This document shows, one piece after another, positions 41,320 through 55,924 of a stretch of 64,000 nucleotides of DNA; position 1 is the stretch's first letter; every line of letters begins with the position of its first letter. Below the pieces are notes generated by a model. It saw only the letters and a list, made by a program, of their open reading frames with translations. It had not been told where the DNA came from and made no database searches. The position numbers and the translations under genes were made by a program. This stretch comes from Eledone cirrhosa (lineage: Eukaryota), in assembly GCA_964016885.1 (NCBI GenBank), contig OZ024742.1:357554001-357618000 (forward strand), read 5' to 3'.

Positions 41320-41672
41320 TAATTTTGAGATAGAGTGTCCGTGCTGTTTGCTCTGATCTGATTAGTTTTGGGAATTCTACCTGTTTTTATGTTAAAAAAG
41401 TGGCTCCAGCGTTATTTTTGTGTTGCAAAAATGCTTGTGGTCAAAACAATTTTGATTGGTCGGTAGAGGTCATGTGAATGTAAAAAGTTGATTTTGCGCC
41501 AAGACTGTTTTTATGTTAAAAAAGTGGCTCCAGCAAAAATTCTTGGTCAAAACAATTTTGATTGGTCGGTAGAGGTCATGTGGATAAAAAATTGGTTTTG
41601 CGCCAAGATTGAGAAATGACTCTTTCACAACAAATATGTGTGTGTGTGTATGTGTGTGTGTGTGTGTGTGTC

Positions 41673-41725
<53 letters not shown>

Positions 41726-41807
41726 AGTAGTAGTAGTAAGGTGTTCGATGCTGCGACAATGGCCAGCAGCGATGTGTGTCAAATGGCTATTAAGATAAGT
41801 GTGTGTT

Positions 41808-41854
<47 letters not shown>

Positions 41855-42359
41855 CAGAGTAATTCGATGGTCAGTAACAATGTGTCTGAAAGCAATGGGG
41901 GGTATTTTAGCATGTCAAAAGATATTTTCAGCTTTTGTCTTATACGGAGAAGTGCGTGTGTGTGTGTGTGTATAAGTCTCTTTGTATGTTGATGTACGCG
42001 TGTGTATGTGTTTGTGTATATATGTGTGTGGGGGGGGGGGGCAGTATTATTTTCCCCCTGGTAAAATGGTGTACATTATTCGATTTTTTCAGTAAAATCG
42101 GTTCTCTTAATAGAACATCAAAAATCTTAACAATAAAAGGTGTGAAATGATATTCACTATATATATATACACATACATATATTCACTACATATATATATA
42201 TATATATATATACATATATACATACATATATATGCACATATATTTCTTTGTATTGCACCATAGAGCATGTGTGTTTACGTGTGTCATTGTGTTTATATGT
42301 GGGTAGAGATGTGTGCTGATGTAGGTATGTATGTTGACGTGTGTATGTTGTGGGTTGTC

Positions 42360-44684
42360 TTAGGGAGAAGTGTTTAGACGGGGTCCGTATTTGTTAATGA
42401 AGTAAGATTCCTTGCTGAAGCGCTGGGTGTGGGTGGCATTATCTTTAAATTTGTAGAGGGGAAAGATTCTGAAGTTGGGATGATTTGGGGCGGCACAGGT
42501 ATCAATGTGTTCACTCAGTGGTATTTTCCTGTATTCCCGTATTTTAATTTGGGATCTATGGACAGTCATGCGTTGGCGGGGGCTGTTTTTGGTCTGGCCT
42601 ATGTATTGTTCTCGACAACCTGAACAAGTTAATACATATTTTAGATTTTCCGATGCACATGTGAAATTGTGTTTTACTATAAAACGTTGTCCATCTTTGA
42701 AATAGAATTCCGAACCCTCTATTAGGTTGATGCAAATGCCACAGTTGGGTCTATCGCATTTTTTTACTGTGGGTTTCGTTGTTGTGGTTGGCAGTACTTT
42801 GGCATGTGTTAAGATGTTTTTCATTGACTTGGATTGTCTTTTGCTCTTTATGATATCGTGTGTTCGTAGAATTTGGTTCATTCTATGGTCCTTTTTCAAT
42901 ACAGGGATGTTCTGGAGGATGGTGTCAAAGGCCTCATTGTTGAGGGGGTTGTGTGTGGAGATGTATGGAAGAGCTTTTAGTTTTGGTTGTTTTACTTTAG
43001 GGTGTCTAAGGTCCTTGGTACTGAGTTTTAGGGCACGTTGGATTCCATTGTCAATTAGTGATGCAGGGTAGTCCCTGCCTATGAGTGTGTCCTTTAGTTC
43101 TTGTAGCCGTAAGTAGCAGATGTTTTTATTGGAGACTATAGTACAGATTCTCTTGGCTAAGTTGTAGGGAATATTAATTTTAACGTGTCTAGGGTGGCAA
43201 GAGTTGAAGGGGAGATATTGCTTGGGGTCTGTGGGCTTGTAGTATATGTCTGTTTCTATTTTTTTGTTATGGATCTTAATGAGGATGTCGAGGAAGGGGA
43301 GTTGTTGATGGATGTATTCCATCGTGAAGTTAATATTTGTGTTGAGCCCATTTATAAGGGTGTGAAATTCTTTAAGTTTTTCGATGTTTTCGTGCCAAAG
43401 GATGAAGCAGTCATCTAGATATCGCTTCCAGTTCCTTTCAATGTGTAAGTGGAGGGTGTTTCCAAATTTGTTTAGGACTTTAGTGTAGAGGGTGATTTCC
43501 AGGTATCCCATGACTAGGTTGGCATAAGTAGGGGCTGTTTTCGTTCCCATAGCGGTCCCAGATTTCTGCCTGTAGGGTTTGTTATTGAAAACGAAGTAAT
43601 TGTTCTCCAAGATAAATTTGAGTCCCTCTATCACGAATTCTTTTTTGATGCGTTGTGGGAGTTCATTGTGGAAATTATCCAGCCAGAATTGGATAGCTTC
43701 TATTCCTAGGTTGTGGGGGATGTTGGAGTATAGGTTGACTACATCGAACGTCACTAGTAGGGTTTGTTCAGAAAGTGACATATTAGGGAGGTGATTGAGC
43801 ATATCTAGGTCGTCCCTTATATAGCTTTTGATGTGCTTGAGGAAGGGTTTGAGAAGGGTATCAATGAAGTTGCTAAGACGGTGCGTTTCGCAAGCGGGGC
43901 CTGCTATTATAGGTCTTAATTTGAGATCATTGGGTGAGGGGACATTGATGACTATGCCTGTGGCTTCCTTGCATGCCTTACTTATTGATTCGCTTTTATG
44001 TACTTTAGGGATACCGTAGAAAAGGCTGGATTTACTTGTGAAGTCTGTGATGAAGCTGAATTCCTTGTTAGTGAGTCCTTCTTTGTATTGGTTGATTAGA
44101 GTTTTTAGGTTTCTCATAATTTTCTGTTGATTGTAGTGTTCAGCCTTTTCGTAGTATGTTTCGTTTTCCAAAGTGGAGAGCGCTAAGTTGATATAGAATT
44201 CTGTCTCCATTAGGACTACTGTACTCCCTTTATCAGCCTCTTTAATTGTAATGGTTCTGTCGGTTTTTAATCTATTTAATTCTTCCCCTTCTTTCTTGTT
44301 GAGGTTTGGCTTGTGTTTTTGTCTGTGCAAGTGTTGGTAAGGGAAGTTTGTGATGTGTTCACAGAATTCGTCCAGGATTTTATTTCTACCTTTTGAAGGG
44401 GTGTAATTGCTTCTATTTCTGGCTAATGATTCATCCTCATTGTACTGGTCGAATAGTTGTTCACTAAGTCGTAACTTTCTACAGAAGTCTGTGATGTCTT
44501 CCTTCATTTCATAGTAGTTAGGACGTAGTGGGGTCGGTGTGAATTTAAGACCTTTGGAGAGTAAGTTGATAAGGTTGGGTGTTGGTTCTGCACTAGTAAG
44601 ATTGATAATTTTTATTACTATCGGTTTCTCCTCCCTGTCTTGTGTTATTTTGTTTGCCTGTATCTGTGTGCTGTGTCTAAAAAA
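42360..44684 (-). CDS. PLE ORF2: reverse transcriptase + Cys-rich linker + GIY-YIG endonuclease
   Basis: Uninterrupted 715 aa from the ATG at 44507. The frame stays open upstream through IINLTS..LLSKGLKFTPT to the slippery site. Motifs: IKEADKG, YGIPKVHK, LRPIIA, FDVVNLYSNI, GTAMG, RYLDD, LPFLD, CDRPNCGIC, LKYVLTC..YIGQT. Confidence 0.95.
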   Translation of the reverse strand, partial: FFRHSTQIQANKITQDREEKPIVIKIINLTSAEPTPNLINLLSKGLKFTPTPLRPNYYEMKEDITDFCRKLRLSEQLFDQYNEDESLARNRSNYTPSKGRNKILDEFCEHITNFPYQHLHRQKHKPNLNKKEGEELNRLKTDRTITIKEADKGSTVVLMETEFYINLALSTLENETYYEKAEHYNQQKIMRNLKTLINQYKEGLTNKEFSFITDFTSKSSLFYGIPKVHKSESISKACKEATGIVINVPSPNDLKLRPIIAGPACETHRLSNFIDTLLKPFLKHIKSYIRDDLDMLNHLPNMSLSEQTLLVTFDVVNLYSNIPHNLGIEAIQFWLDNFHNELPQRIKKEFVIEGLKFILENNYFVFNNKPYRQKSGTAMGTKTAPTYANLVMGYLEITLYTKVLNKFGNTLHLHIERNWKRYLDDCFILWHENIEKLKEFHTLINGLNTNINFTMEYIHQQLPFLDILIKIHNKKIETDIYYKPTDPKQYLPFNSCHPRHVKINIPYNLAKRICTIVSNKNICYLRLQELKDTLIGRDYPASLIDNGIQRALKLSTKDLRHPKVKQPKLKALPYISTHNPLNNEAFDTILQNIPVLKKDHRMNQILRTHDIIKSKRQSKSMKNILTHAKVLPTTTTKPTVKKCDRPNCGICINLIEGSEFYFKDGQRFIVKHNFTCASENLKYVLTCSGCREQYIGQTKNSPRQRMTVHRSQIKIREYRKIPLSEHIDTCAAPNHPNFRIFPLYKFKDNATHTQRFSKESYFINKYGPRLNTSP

Positions 44685-45955
44685 TGGTTGGGGTAGAGGG
44701 GTTGTCTGCTGATGTTAAGTGGTCTCCTGTGTTTGTTATATTCCTTGTTGTTGTAAAATGTGGTTCGGGTTGGTGGTTGTAGATTGAATGGGGTGTTCCT
44801 GTACTGCGAGTATGGGTGTGTGTTTCTATGTGCCATGTTGTATTGTGGTGTTATAAGTGGCCTACATTGTTCGTTGTATCGTGTGGTGTGGGTTTGTTGT
44901 GTATTGTGGAAGTGAGAGTTGAGAAAATGGTAATTACCTTGCTGTCCCCTTGAAGCGGGGAAGTTGTTGCATCTATCATGGCGGTGGTATCTTTTCCCTA
45001 TGTTTGACGATGAGGAATCCGCGTAGTAGTTGAGTGATTTGGTATGGTGTCTCCTTGAAGGGGGAAAGTTGTAAATGTCATTCTGGGGGAGATGATTTCT
45101 TGGGTTTTTGTTCCTTCTTATGGTAGCGAGGTTGGGAAGTTCATCTTCGGTGTGGTGCTTCCTTCTTCGTTTGTTTGAGGCTTGGGGGTTTGAGAAGTTG
45201 TTGTGCGGTTCAGTTATGGGTTTTCCTATTTTTATGAACGGGTTATTGGAGGTGTAATCCGTTTGAAAAGTCGATTCATAGTGTAGGAACCAAGCGGCAC
45301 TTTTTTCCCAGCGTTGAAGGGATTTCAGTTCTTCTCTGTTGCAGTCCCCTTTCCATAATTTGGAGATCTTCTCTACCTTGGGGCCTTCAGTTTTGTTGTT
45401 GATTTCCAGGAGGATCTCTTCATCGATGGTTTTGATTTTTTCCTCGTTTGTCTGGGACCTCAGTTTAAGAAGTTCAATTTCTGTCTTCATTTTTTCCAAT
45501 GCCATTCTTTCCCTAAGGTGTCTTTGAGGTCCGGGTTCATTTGGAATGGACTTTATTTGTAGTTTACGGGGGAGAGTTAGAGGGGTTGAGTTAAGCCATT
45601 TTTCATATATCTCTGCTTTGTTGTGATTTTGTATCATCTTCCAGAATGAGAACTTTCTGTCTCTGAGGGATTTGTTCCATTTTGGAATTGTTCGAATTTT
45701 CATTTTGTGTGAATCAATCTCACATGGTTCTTCGTTGGTTTTTCCTGGGTTGGTAGTAGTGAACATAGTTTGGATAGTATCGCAAAGGTTTTGGAGTTTG
45801 TCGCCGATTTCGGAGGGTTTGTATCCGGTGGCGGTTTCCTTATTTGTGGAGTCAAGTTTGTCGACCAGCAAAGATAGGTTGGTGTTGATTTTCTTGAGTT
45901 CCTGTAGGATCTCTTCATTTGAGTTGATGAGGGTTGTATCCGTTTTTGTTGGCAT
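44645..45955 (-). CDS. PLE ORF1, about 436 aa: coiled-coil N-half and a basic, N/H/R-rich, probably disordered C-half
   Basis: Uninterrupted ORF (ATG of MPTKTD at 45955) directly downstream of the pLTR. Heptad-like ILQELKKINTNLSLLVDKL and ALEKMKTEIELLKL. Confidence 0.8.
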   Translation of the reverse strand: MPTKTDTTLINSNEEILQELKKINTNLSLLVDKLDSTNKETATGYKPSEIGDKLQNLCDTIQTMFTTTNPGKTNEEPCEIDSHKMKIRTIPKWNKSLRDRKFSFWKMIQNHNKAEIYEKWLNSTPLTLPRKLQIKSIPNEPGPQRHLRERMALEKMKTEIELLKLRSQTNEEKIKTIDEEILLEINNKTEGPKVEKISKLWKGDCNREELKSLQRWEKSAAWFLHYESTFQTDYTSNNPFIKIGKPITEPHNNFSNPQASNKRRRKHHTEDELPNLATIRRNKNPRNHLPQNDIYNFPPSRRHHTKSLNYYADSSSSNIGKRYHRHDRCNNFPASRGQQGNYHFLNSHFHNTQQTHTTRYNEQCRPLITPQYNMAHRNTHPYSQYRNTPFNLQPPTRTTFYNNKEYNKHRRPLNISRQPLYPNHFLDTAHRYRQTK

Positions 45956-46498
45956 TTTCTGTATCTCGTGTGAGGATATGATAGTTAAAAGAATAGAGGT
46001 GTAACACACAAGTTATTATATATTGGTAAACGGAATAGAAAATGCTGACAAATTGTTCACAGTTGAAAAATGGTTTAATTAGGAATAAAATAGTATTAGT
46101 GATTGTATGGGTTAGTATTCAGTTGTGGTTTTAAGTTTTTAAGTTTTTACCGGTTGCGCATTTCTAAATGCTTTTCAAAAATAATTTTGAGATAGAGTGT
46201 CCGTGCTGTTTGCTCTGATCTGATTAGTTTTGGGAATTCTACCTGTTTTTATGTTAAAAAAGTGGCTCCAGCGTTATTTTTGTGTTGCAAAAATGCTTGT
46301 GGTCAAAACAATTTTGATTGGTCGGTAGAGGTCATGTGAATGTAAAAAGTTGATTTTGCGCCAAGACTGTTTTTATGTTAAAAAAGTGGCTCCAGCAAAA
46401 ATTCTTGGTCAAAACAATTTTGATTGGTCGGTAGAGGTCATGTGGATAAAACATTGGTTTTGCGCCAAGATTGAGAAATGACTCTTTCACAACAAATA

Positions 46499-46595
<97 letters not shown>

Positions 46596-46615
46596 TAGTA
46601 GTAGTAATGTGTTCG

Positions 46616-46872
<257 letters not shown>

Positions 46873-47113
46873 TATATATATATATACATATATATATACC
46901 TATCTTTAATACAATAACAGAGAAAGCTTTAAGCTAAATTCTGACTGGTAGCCATCTCACTCAACAAACATTAGGATATACGTTAGTATAATCCCAATTT
47001 TGTGTTTGGGGTGCTAACTATATGTATTTTGTGGAAAGCCAGTTGTATTATTTTATATGAGATATAATTAAAATTAAAATATATCTCTCTTTCCAAACAA
47101 TTGTTTCATTATA

Positions 47114-47178
<65 letters not shown>

Positions 47179-47220
47179 ACCTATATATATATATATATAT
47201 ATATAGGTATATATATATAT

Positions 47221-47354
<134 letters not shown>

Positions 47355-47374
47355 CATGAGTATATATATATGTA

Positions 47375-48605
47375 ACATGAGTAAAATTTCCTACCTGGGA
47401 GACTTAGCCATAAGCAATCAAGCACTATGCATGGCACTAACCGAAACGCACCTGACAAGCACTATAGCAGATGCAGAAATACATATACCGAAATATACTG
47501 TATTTCGTTCGGACAGGAATGAGAGAACTCATTGTGGGGTTGCTCTGTATATCCGTGAAGATGTCTCACCAATTGTACTGTTGACACATTCAAACTCAGT
47601 CTGTGGCACACTGATAATACATATGAAGCAACTACAAACAGTATTATGTGTCACATATAGGCCGCCCGATGCCCCCCAGTCATGAGGGTAAATTTGAGGA
47701 TAGCCTAAGTAGGATAGAAGAGGTCCTTGACAAACTGGAGCAGGGTCTCAACATCTTACTGCTGGGAGACTTCAACCTACCAAAGGTCAAATGGCCTGAG
47801 GGCCACCTCCTTCCTGGAATGACGTCAATAGAACAGAGACAGACGGAATCCCTGCTGGCCCTCACACACAGGCTGTTCATGGAGCAAGCAATACTCCTCC
47901 CAACAAGAGGCGAAAATGTCCTGGACCTCTGTTTTACAAACAACCAAGTGCTCATCCACAATGTAAAGGTGACACCAACAATTCTCTCGGATCATAACTT
48001 AGTAGAGCTAATGATATGTGGTCCAAGAGAACCAACAGAGACAAAACCACCAAGAAGCTCCGGGACGCTATCCAGCCTTAACTTCTACAAGGCTAACTGG
48101 AAAAAGATTAAGAGTGAAATCCGGAAGCAAACATGGAGTGAAAACACCGCCACACAACACACTAACACACAATTTCAACACTTCATGACAACGATATATG
48201 CAAAAAGTTTGTCCCGGAGAAAGAGGCAAACAGATACAAAAATCTTATTCCCAGAGATAGGAAAATCCTTATGAGACGTAGAACTAAACTCCCAAACCAG
48301 TTGAATAGTCAACAAAACAAAAACAAGAAGGAATCCTATTTGAAACGTGCACTACTTGACACCGAGATTGCACTCAAACTTTCACATGAGAATGAGAGGG
48401 CAAAGAAAGAGAACAGGGCCATAGAAAACATTAAAACAAACCCTAAGGCCTTCTTTAAATTTGCAAAAGAAACTGCTTCAGCACACTGCAAGATTGGGCC
48501 CCACTTCCACACGGACGGTTCATTAACCGAAAACCCCCAAGAGATATGTGAAATACTAAACGAACAGTACAAAAGTGTGTTCATATGTCCACTGAGGCAC
48601 ATGCA
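47375..48605 (+). pseudogene. CR1/L2-group LINE ORF2 5' part (APE endonuclease), frameshifted
   Basis: ALTETHL, RSDR..GVALYI, YRPP, LLGDFNLP, PTRGENVLDLCFTN, SDHNLV, IKTNPKAFFKF. Confidence 0.9.
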
Positions 48606-48611
48606 AATAAC

Positions 48612-49242
<631 letters not shown>

Positions 49243-49641
49243 TTTAGTACAGCATTGATGAAGCTCTAGAATACGACCAAGCTAGCGTATATGCATAATC
49301 GTCTGTAGCTTGAACACTCAGATGAGGAAAGACGCCAGAGTAATAACATTATGTTCAGACAGCTTAGCAAATCAGATATAGCGGTCGGCAGTCCAGCCGC
49401 ATCACTAGAACAGCGAAAATACAGGACCCAGGAAAAGATTTTATACTGACCCGGATATAGCGGTGAGGCTCAGTGCAAAATATATAACCTACATCGTATA
49501 TCAACAATATAGATCACATATGGCATCCAGCATCAGCGCTAAGTTCCTGCAAATCCAAGATCGACAAATTTATATATAATGGTTTTGACGACAGAACATA
49601 GGATTTACTTCTTCAGCAAGTCTTTCGTTCTTAGTCTGAGC

Positions 49642-49644
<3 letters not shown>
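49243..49644 (-). mobile_element. Partial HHR module distantly related to the 605/609-bp family; degenerate HHR at 49448-49622
   Basis: GACTTG-CTGAAGA-A-GTAAATCC...GGATTTGC-A-GGAA-CtTAGCG...CGCTAt-ATC-CGGGTC. Confidence 0.62.
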
Positions 49645-49715
<71 letters not shown>

Positions 49716-49759
49716 CTATAACTATATAACTATATATATATACCTATATATATATATAT

Positions 49760-49954
49760 ATAACGAAGGAAATGTGGTAAGGAACCAGGTGGACCATAAC
49801 GCACCAAAGAACTCAATACTTGAGGTAGTAGAGTGGGTAATAGGAACCAGTAAGACCCCGACAGCTGAGCTCAAGCCGTTTCGACGGCTAATTCTGGACG
49901 TCCAGAATTAGCCGTCGAAACGGCTTGAGCTCAGCTGTCGGGGTCTTACTGGTT

Positions 49955-49958
<4 letters not shown>
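49760..49958 (-). mobile_element. Short fold-back PLE-type fragment with half hammerhead
   Basis: Near-identical to 32008-32197; perfect palindrome centred on ggacgtcc (about 49896-49903). Confidence 0.8.
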
Positions 49959-50009
<51 letters not shown>

Positions 50010-50042
50010 ATATATATATATATATATATAACTCTATATATA

Positions 50043-50229
<187 letters not shown>

Positions 50230-50233
50230 GTAG

Positions 50234-50288
<55 letters not shown>

Positions 50289-50307
50289 TATATATAGAGT
50301 TATATAT

Positions 50308-50356
<49 letters not shown>

Positions 50357-50387
50357 TATATATATATAGTTATATAGTTATAGATAT

Positions 50388-50421
<34 letters not shown>

Positions 50422-50527
50422 GGTATATATATAGATATAGGTATATATATATATATAGGTATATATATATATATAGGTATATATATATATATAGGTATAT
50501 ATATATAGGTATATATATATATATAGG

Positions 50528-51238
<711 letters not shown>

Positions 51239-51462
51239 AGGTATATATATAAAATTATTGAAAGAATTGATTGACCTGCGTGCATATTAATTTATTCTTT
51301 TATGTTTTGCGATGACCTCCCCTTCCCGCTTGGTGACGGTGTGAGATTTCTCATTGTGAGACTGATGGAATTTCAAATTTGGCGGTCACTCTAACACTGA
51401 CGGGTACCATCGCTGAGTGTTAATATCGGTAGGGTTTTTTTTTTTATATGGATATTGTTGGG

Positions 51463-51596
51463 CATCCACTGATGATTTATAAGACCCAACCTGCATATAT
51501 TCCTATGGACTATGTGTAGGCTTCTACATAACCTGGACATTATTTTCCCAATTTGTAGAAAACTTATAATGAAACGATCGTTTAGAAAGAGGGATG
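51463..51596 (+). ncRNA. Type I hammerhead with branched stem II, inside an insert at about 51252-51635
   Basis: TCCA-CTGATGA-T-TTATAAG [two sub-hairpins] CTTATAA-T-GAAA-CGATCG-TT-TAGA, with distal CATCC/GGATG pairing. Confidence 0.75.
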
Positions 51597-51637
51597 TATT
51601 TAATTATGTCTCATATAACTTACTTACTTAAGTTTCA

Positions 51638-53086
51638 TTGTTAGCTATCGTCAGCAACGTATACCTTCCTGCCAGATTGTTGAAAGTCCGAAAGTATATA
51701 CTTACCTTATGCATATTAAATGCTGAGTAGCCCAATTTGCATATCGAGTGGGTTAATCGGCCGGGTGCACCGAAAACGATAAACTGAAAAAATGAAACGA
51801 AATTTCATTTCCCACGCTTAGTACGGCTGTTACTTAAAATAAGTATGTATACGTACATACATATATGTATACAGACGTACAGTAGTATGTATATATATAT
51901 ACATACATGCACACATATATATATGTACGTATGGATTCACCGAACATTTATTATAATGCTCGGTGTGTTTGTAAACAAACACCCCGTATTAAGCCGCAGT
52001 GTCTAGCAACCACCGTTGCTCGTTTGTTCAACACTGACAAAGGAACGCTGTACTAGTTTCAAGCTTGTTAGCTATCGTCAGCAACGTATATCTTCCTGCC
52101 AGATTGTTGAACGTCCGAAAGTATATACTTTCCTTATGCATATTAACGGCTGAGTAGCCCAATTTGCATATCGAGTGGGTTAATCGGCCGGGAGAACCGA
52201 AAACGATAAACGGAAAAAATGAAACGAAATTTCATTTCCCATTCTTAGTACGGCTGTTACTTAAATATAAGTATGTATACGTACATACATATATGTATAC
52301 AGATGTACAGTAGTATGTACGTACGTTCAACAATCTGGCAGGAAGGTATACGTTGCTGACGATAGCTCACAAGCTTGAAACTAATACAGCGTTCCTTTGT
52401 CAGTGTTGAACAAACGAGCAACGGAGGTTGCTAGACACTGCGGCTTAATACGGGATGTTTGTTTACAAACACACCGAGCATTATAATAAATGTTTGGTAA
52501 ATCCATACGTACATATATATATGTCTGCATGTATGTATATATATATATATACATACTACTGTACGTCTGTATACATATATGTATGTACGTATACATACTT
52601 ATATTTTACGTAATAGCCTTACTAAGTGTGGGAAATTAAATTTCGTTTCATTTGTTCCAATTATCGTTTGCAGTGCACCCGGCCGATTAACCCACTCGAT
52701 ATGCAAATTGGGCTACTCAGCCGTTAATATGCATAAGGAAAGTATATACTTTCGGACGTTCAACAATCTGGCAGGAAGGTATACGTTGCTGGCGATAGCT
52801 AACAAGCTTGAAACTAGTACAGCGTTCCTTTGTCAGTGTTAAACAAACGAGCAACGGTGGTTGCTAGACACAGCGGCTTAATACGGGATGTATGTTTACA
52901 AACACACCGAGCATTATCATAAATGTTTGGTGAATCCATACGTACATATATATATGTGTGCATGTATGTATATATATATACATACTACTGTACGTCTGTA
53001 TACATATATGTATGTACGTATACATACTTATATTTAAGTAACACCCGTACTAAGAGTGGGAAATGAAATTTCGTTTCATTTTTTTC

Positions 53087-53090
<4 letters not shown>
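51638..53090. mobile_element. Retrozyme-like array: about 1.6 units (-) then about 1.8 units (+), unit 427-433 bp
   Basis: Offsets of 427 (51641/52068) and 433 (52351/52784); orientation switches near 52322. HHR CGTTG-CTGACGA-T-AGCT aaca AGCT-T-GAAA-CTAG-TA-CAGCG is intact at 52046-52086 (-). Confidence 0.88.
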
Positions 53091-53147
<57 letters not shown>

Positions 53148-53303
53148 TAAGTATGTTTTGAAACAGTGAGGAGGTTTGAAATTAGAAAATAGAATAGCTT
53201 TCACCGTATTTTTGACTAAAGGAATTTTAGCCTGATAATGGGGTTTAAAATCCTCAGATAAATGGAAAAAGATGAGTATAGGTATATATATATATATATA
53301 TAA

Positions 53304-54688
53304 GCGGAAAAAATGAAACGAAATGTGCGACCCAACAGAAATGGAAACACACATCCAACACTTCATGAACCGCATGCAGTTCTGGCTACAACGAAAGAGA
53401 CAGAGTCAGAGTATACGAAGGGTCCACGGAGAAGTATAAGACCCTCATAGAACTGGACATGAAAGGAATTTTCCCATTATACAGGAGCAAATCATGGAAT
53501 AGATTAGATAGGGCTAGACATAACATAGGGAAAGCCACCTCATGGTACGACAACCAGAGATACCAGAGTGTCATGTTTGTAGACGCTACCCCCTGGAGGG
53601 AAATTAGCTAACCAGTGTAGAAAGGCCCTGAGAAAGACCCACTTAAAGAATAAGGTGGTAGAAAAGCCAGGAACCACCATAAAATCCCTGATCAGCAAAA
53701 TCTACCCTTTTAAGAAAACCCACTGTACTAATAGGAAATGTATCATATGTAAGGTAAACCCCCTGATAAACTGTAAAACTAGAAACGTAGTCTATAGCAT
53801 AAGATGTACAGAGGCTACTTGCAGAAACATGACAAAAACATACATAGGCGAGACAGCTCGTAGCATAGGGGAAAGGATAGACCAATACTGGCGGGAACTA
53901 AAAGGATGAAAAAACGGTTCAGTAGTATACGAACATGCCAGACAACAACACAACGGTAACATAGACAACATAGAAATTAGAATAATATCTAAATATAGAA
54001 ATGACCCCGCAGATAGGCAAATTAGAGAGGCCAGTGAAATAGAACTTAGAAGGCCAAGGCTAAACAGAAAGAATGAATGGAATAACAACAACACCCAAAC
54101 AAACAACACTGACCTAAGAGACGTATAAATAAATAACTAGTTAAATAAATAAATAAATACATACACAAGCACAATAACAACAAACACATATAAACACACA
54201 ATAGTAAAGATAGAATACATTAACCAATACACAGTCACCCTATCACGAACACACATCAAACAAAACGCTATACACACGCACACGCATGCACAAAGAAAAC
54301 AAAATAAACAAATAAATAAATATATAAACAGACTAAATAAAGATGGCGAAGAAAATACAATGCAACGAGAGGAAACAATAGCACCACTGACGATGTTGCA
54401 GATGTGCAACGAAAGAACTTTGATAAACTATATATATGTGTTTATGTCTATATTGTATCTGTATTATTTTTGACCGTTGGTCAGTCAATGGCAACATTGA
54501 GGACCGAATAAATTAGATTACCGATATAAAAGACACAGAAGCGAAAAGCGAAAACCAACCAAACAGTGAGTGTGTTCTGTTATTAATTCTGGCAATATTA
54601 CACAAATATGACTCTCCCCAAGTATAACAATATTTGTTTCGACACACGATTTCATATCAAAAACCTCGCAAAACTAATTCATCGCCGC
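53304..54688 (+). mobile_element. 5'-truncated decayed PLE (RT thumb + GIY-YIG, 3'UTR with degenerate HHR at about 54383-54424)
   Basis: CKTRNVVYSIRC...TYIGETARSIGER, EHARQQH. CTGACGA-T-GTTGCA gatg TGCAAC-GAAA-GAAC-TT. Confidence 0.88.
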
Positions 54689-54710
54689 TATATATATATA
54701 TATATATATA

Positions 54711-55618
<908 letters not shown>

Positions 55619-55619
55619 A

Positions 55620-55737
<118 letters not shown>

Positions 55738-55845
55738 TATATACCTATATATACATATATATACCTATATATATATATATATATACATATGTATACCTAT
55801 ATATATATATATATACATATATATACCTATATATATATATATATA

Positions 55846-55920
<75 letters not shown>

Positions 55921-55924
<4 letters not shown>

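Noticed and set aside
53231-53265. CTGATAA-hairpin-GATA hammerhead-like motif
   Set aside because: Two core mismatches and no stem I or III.
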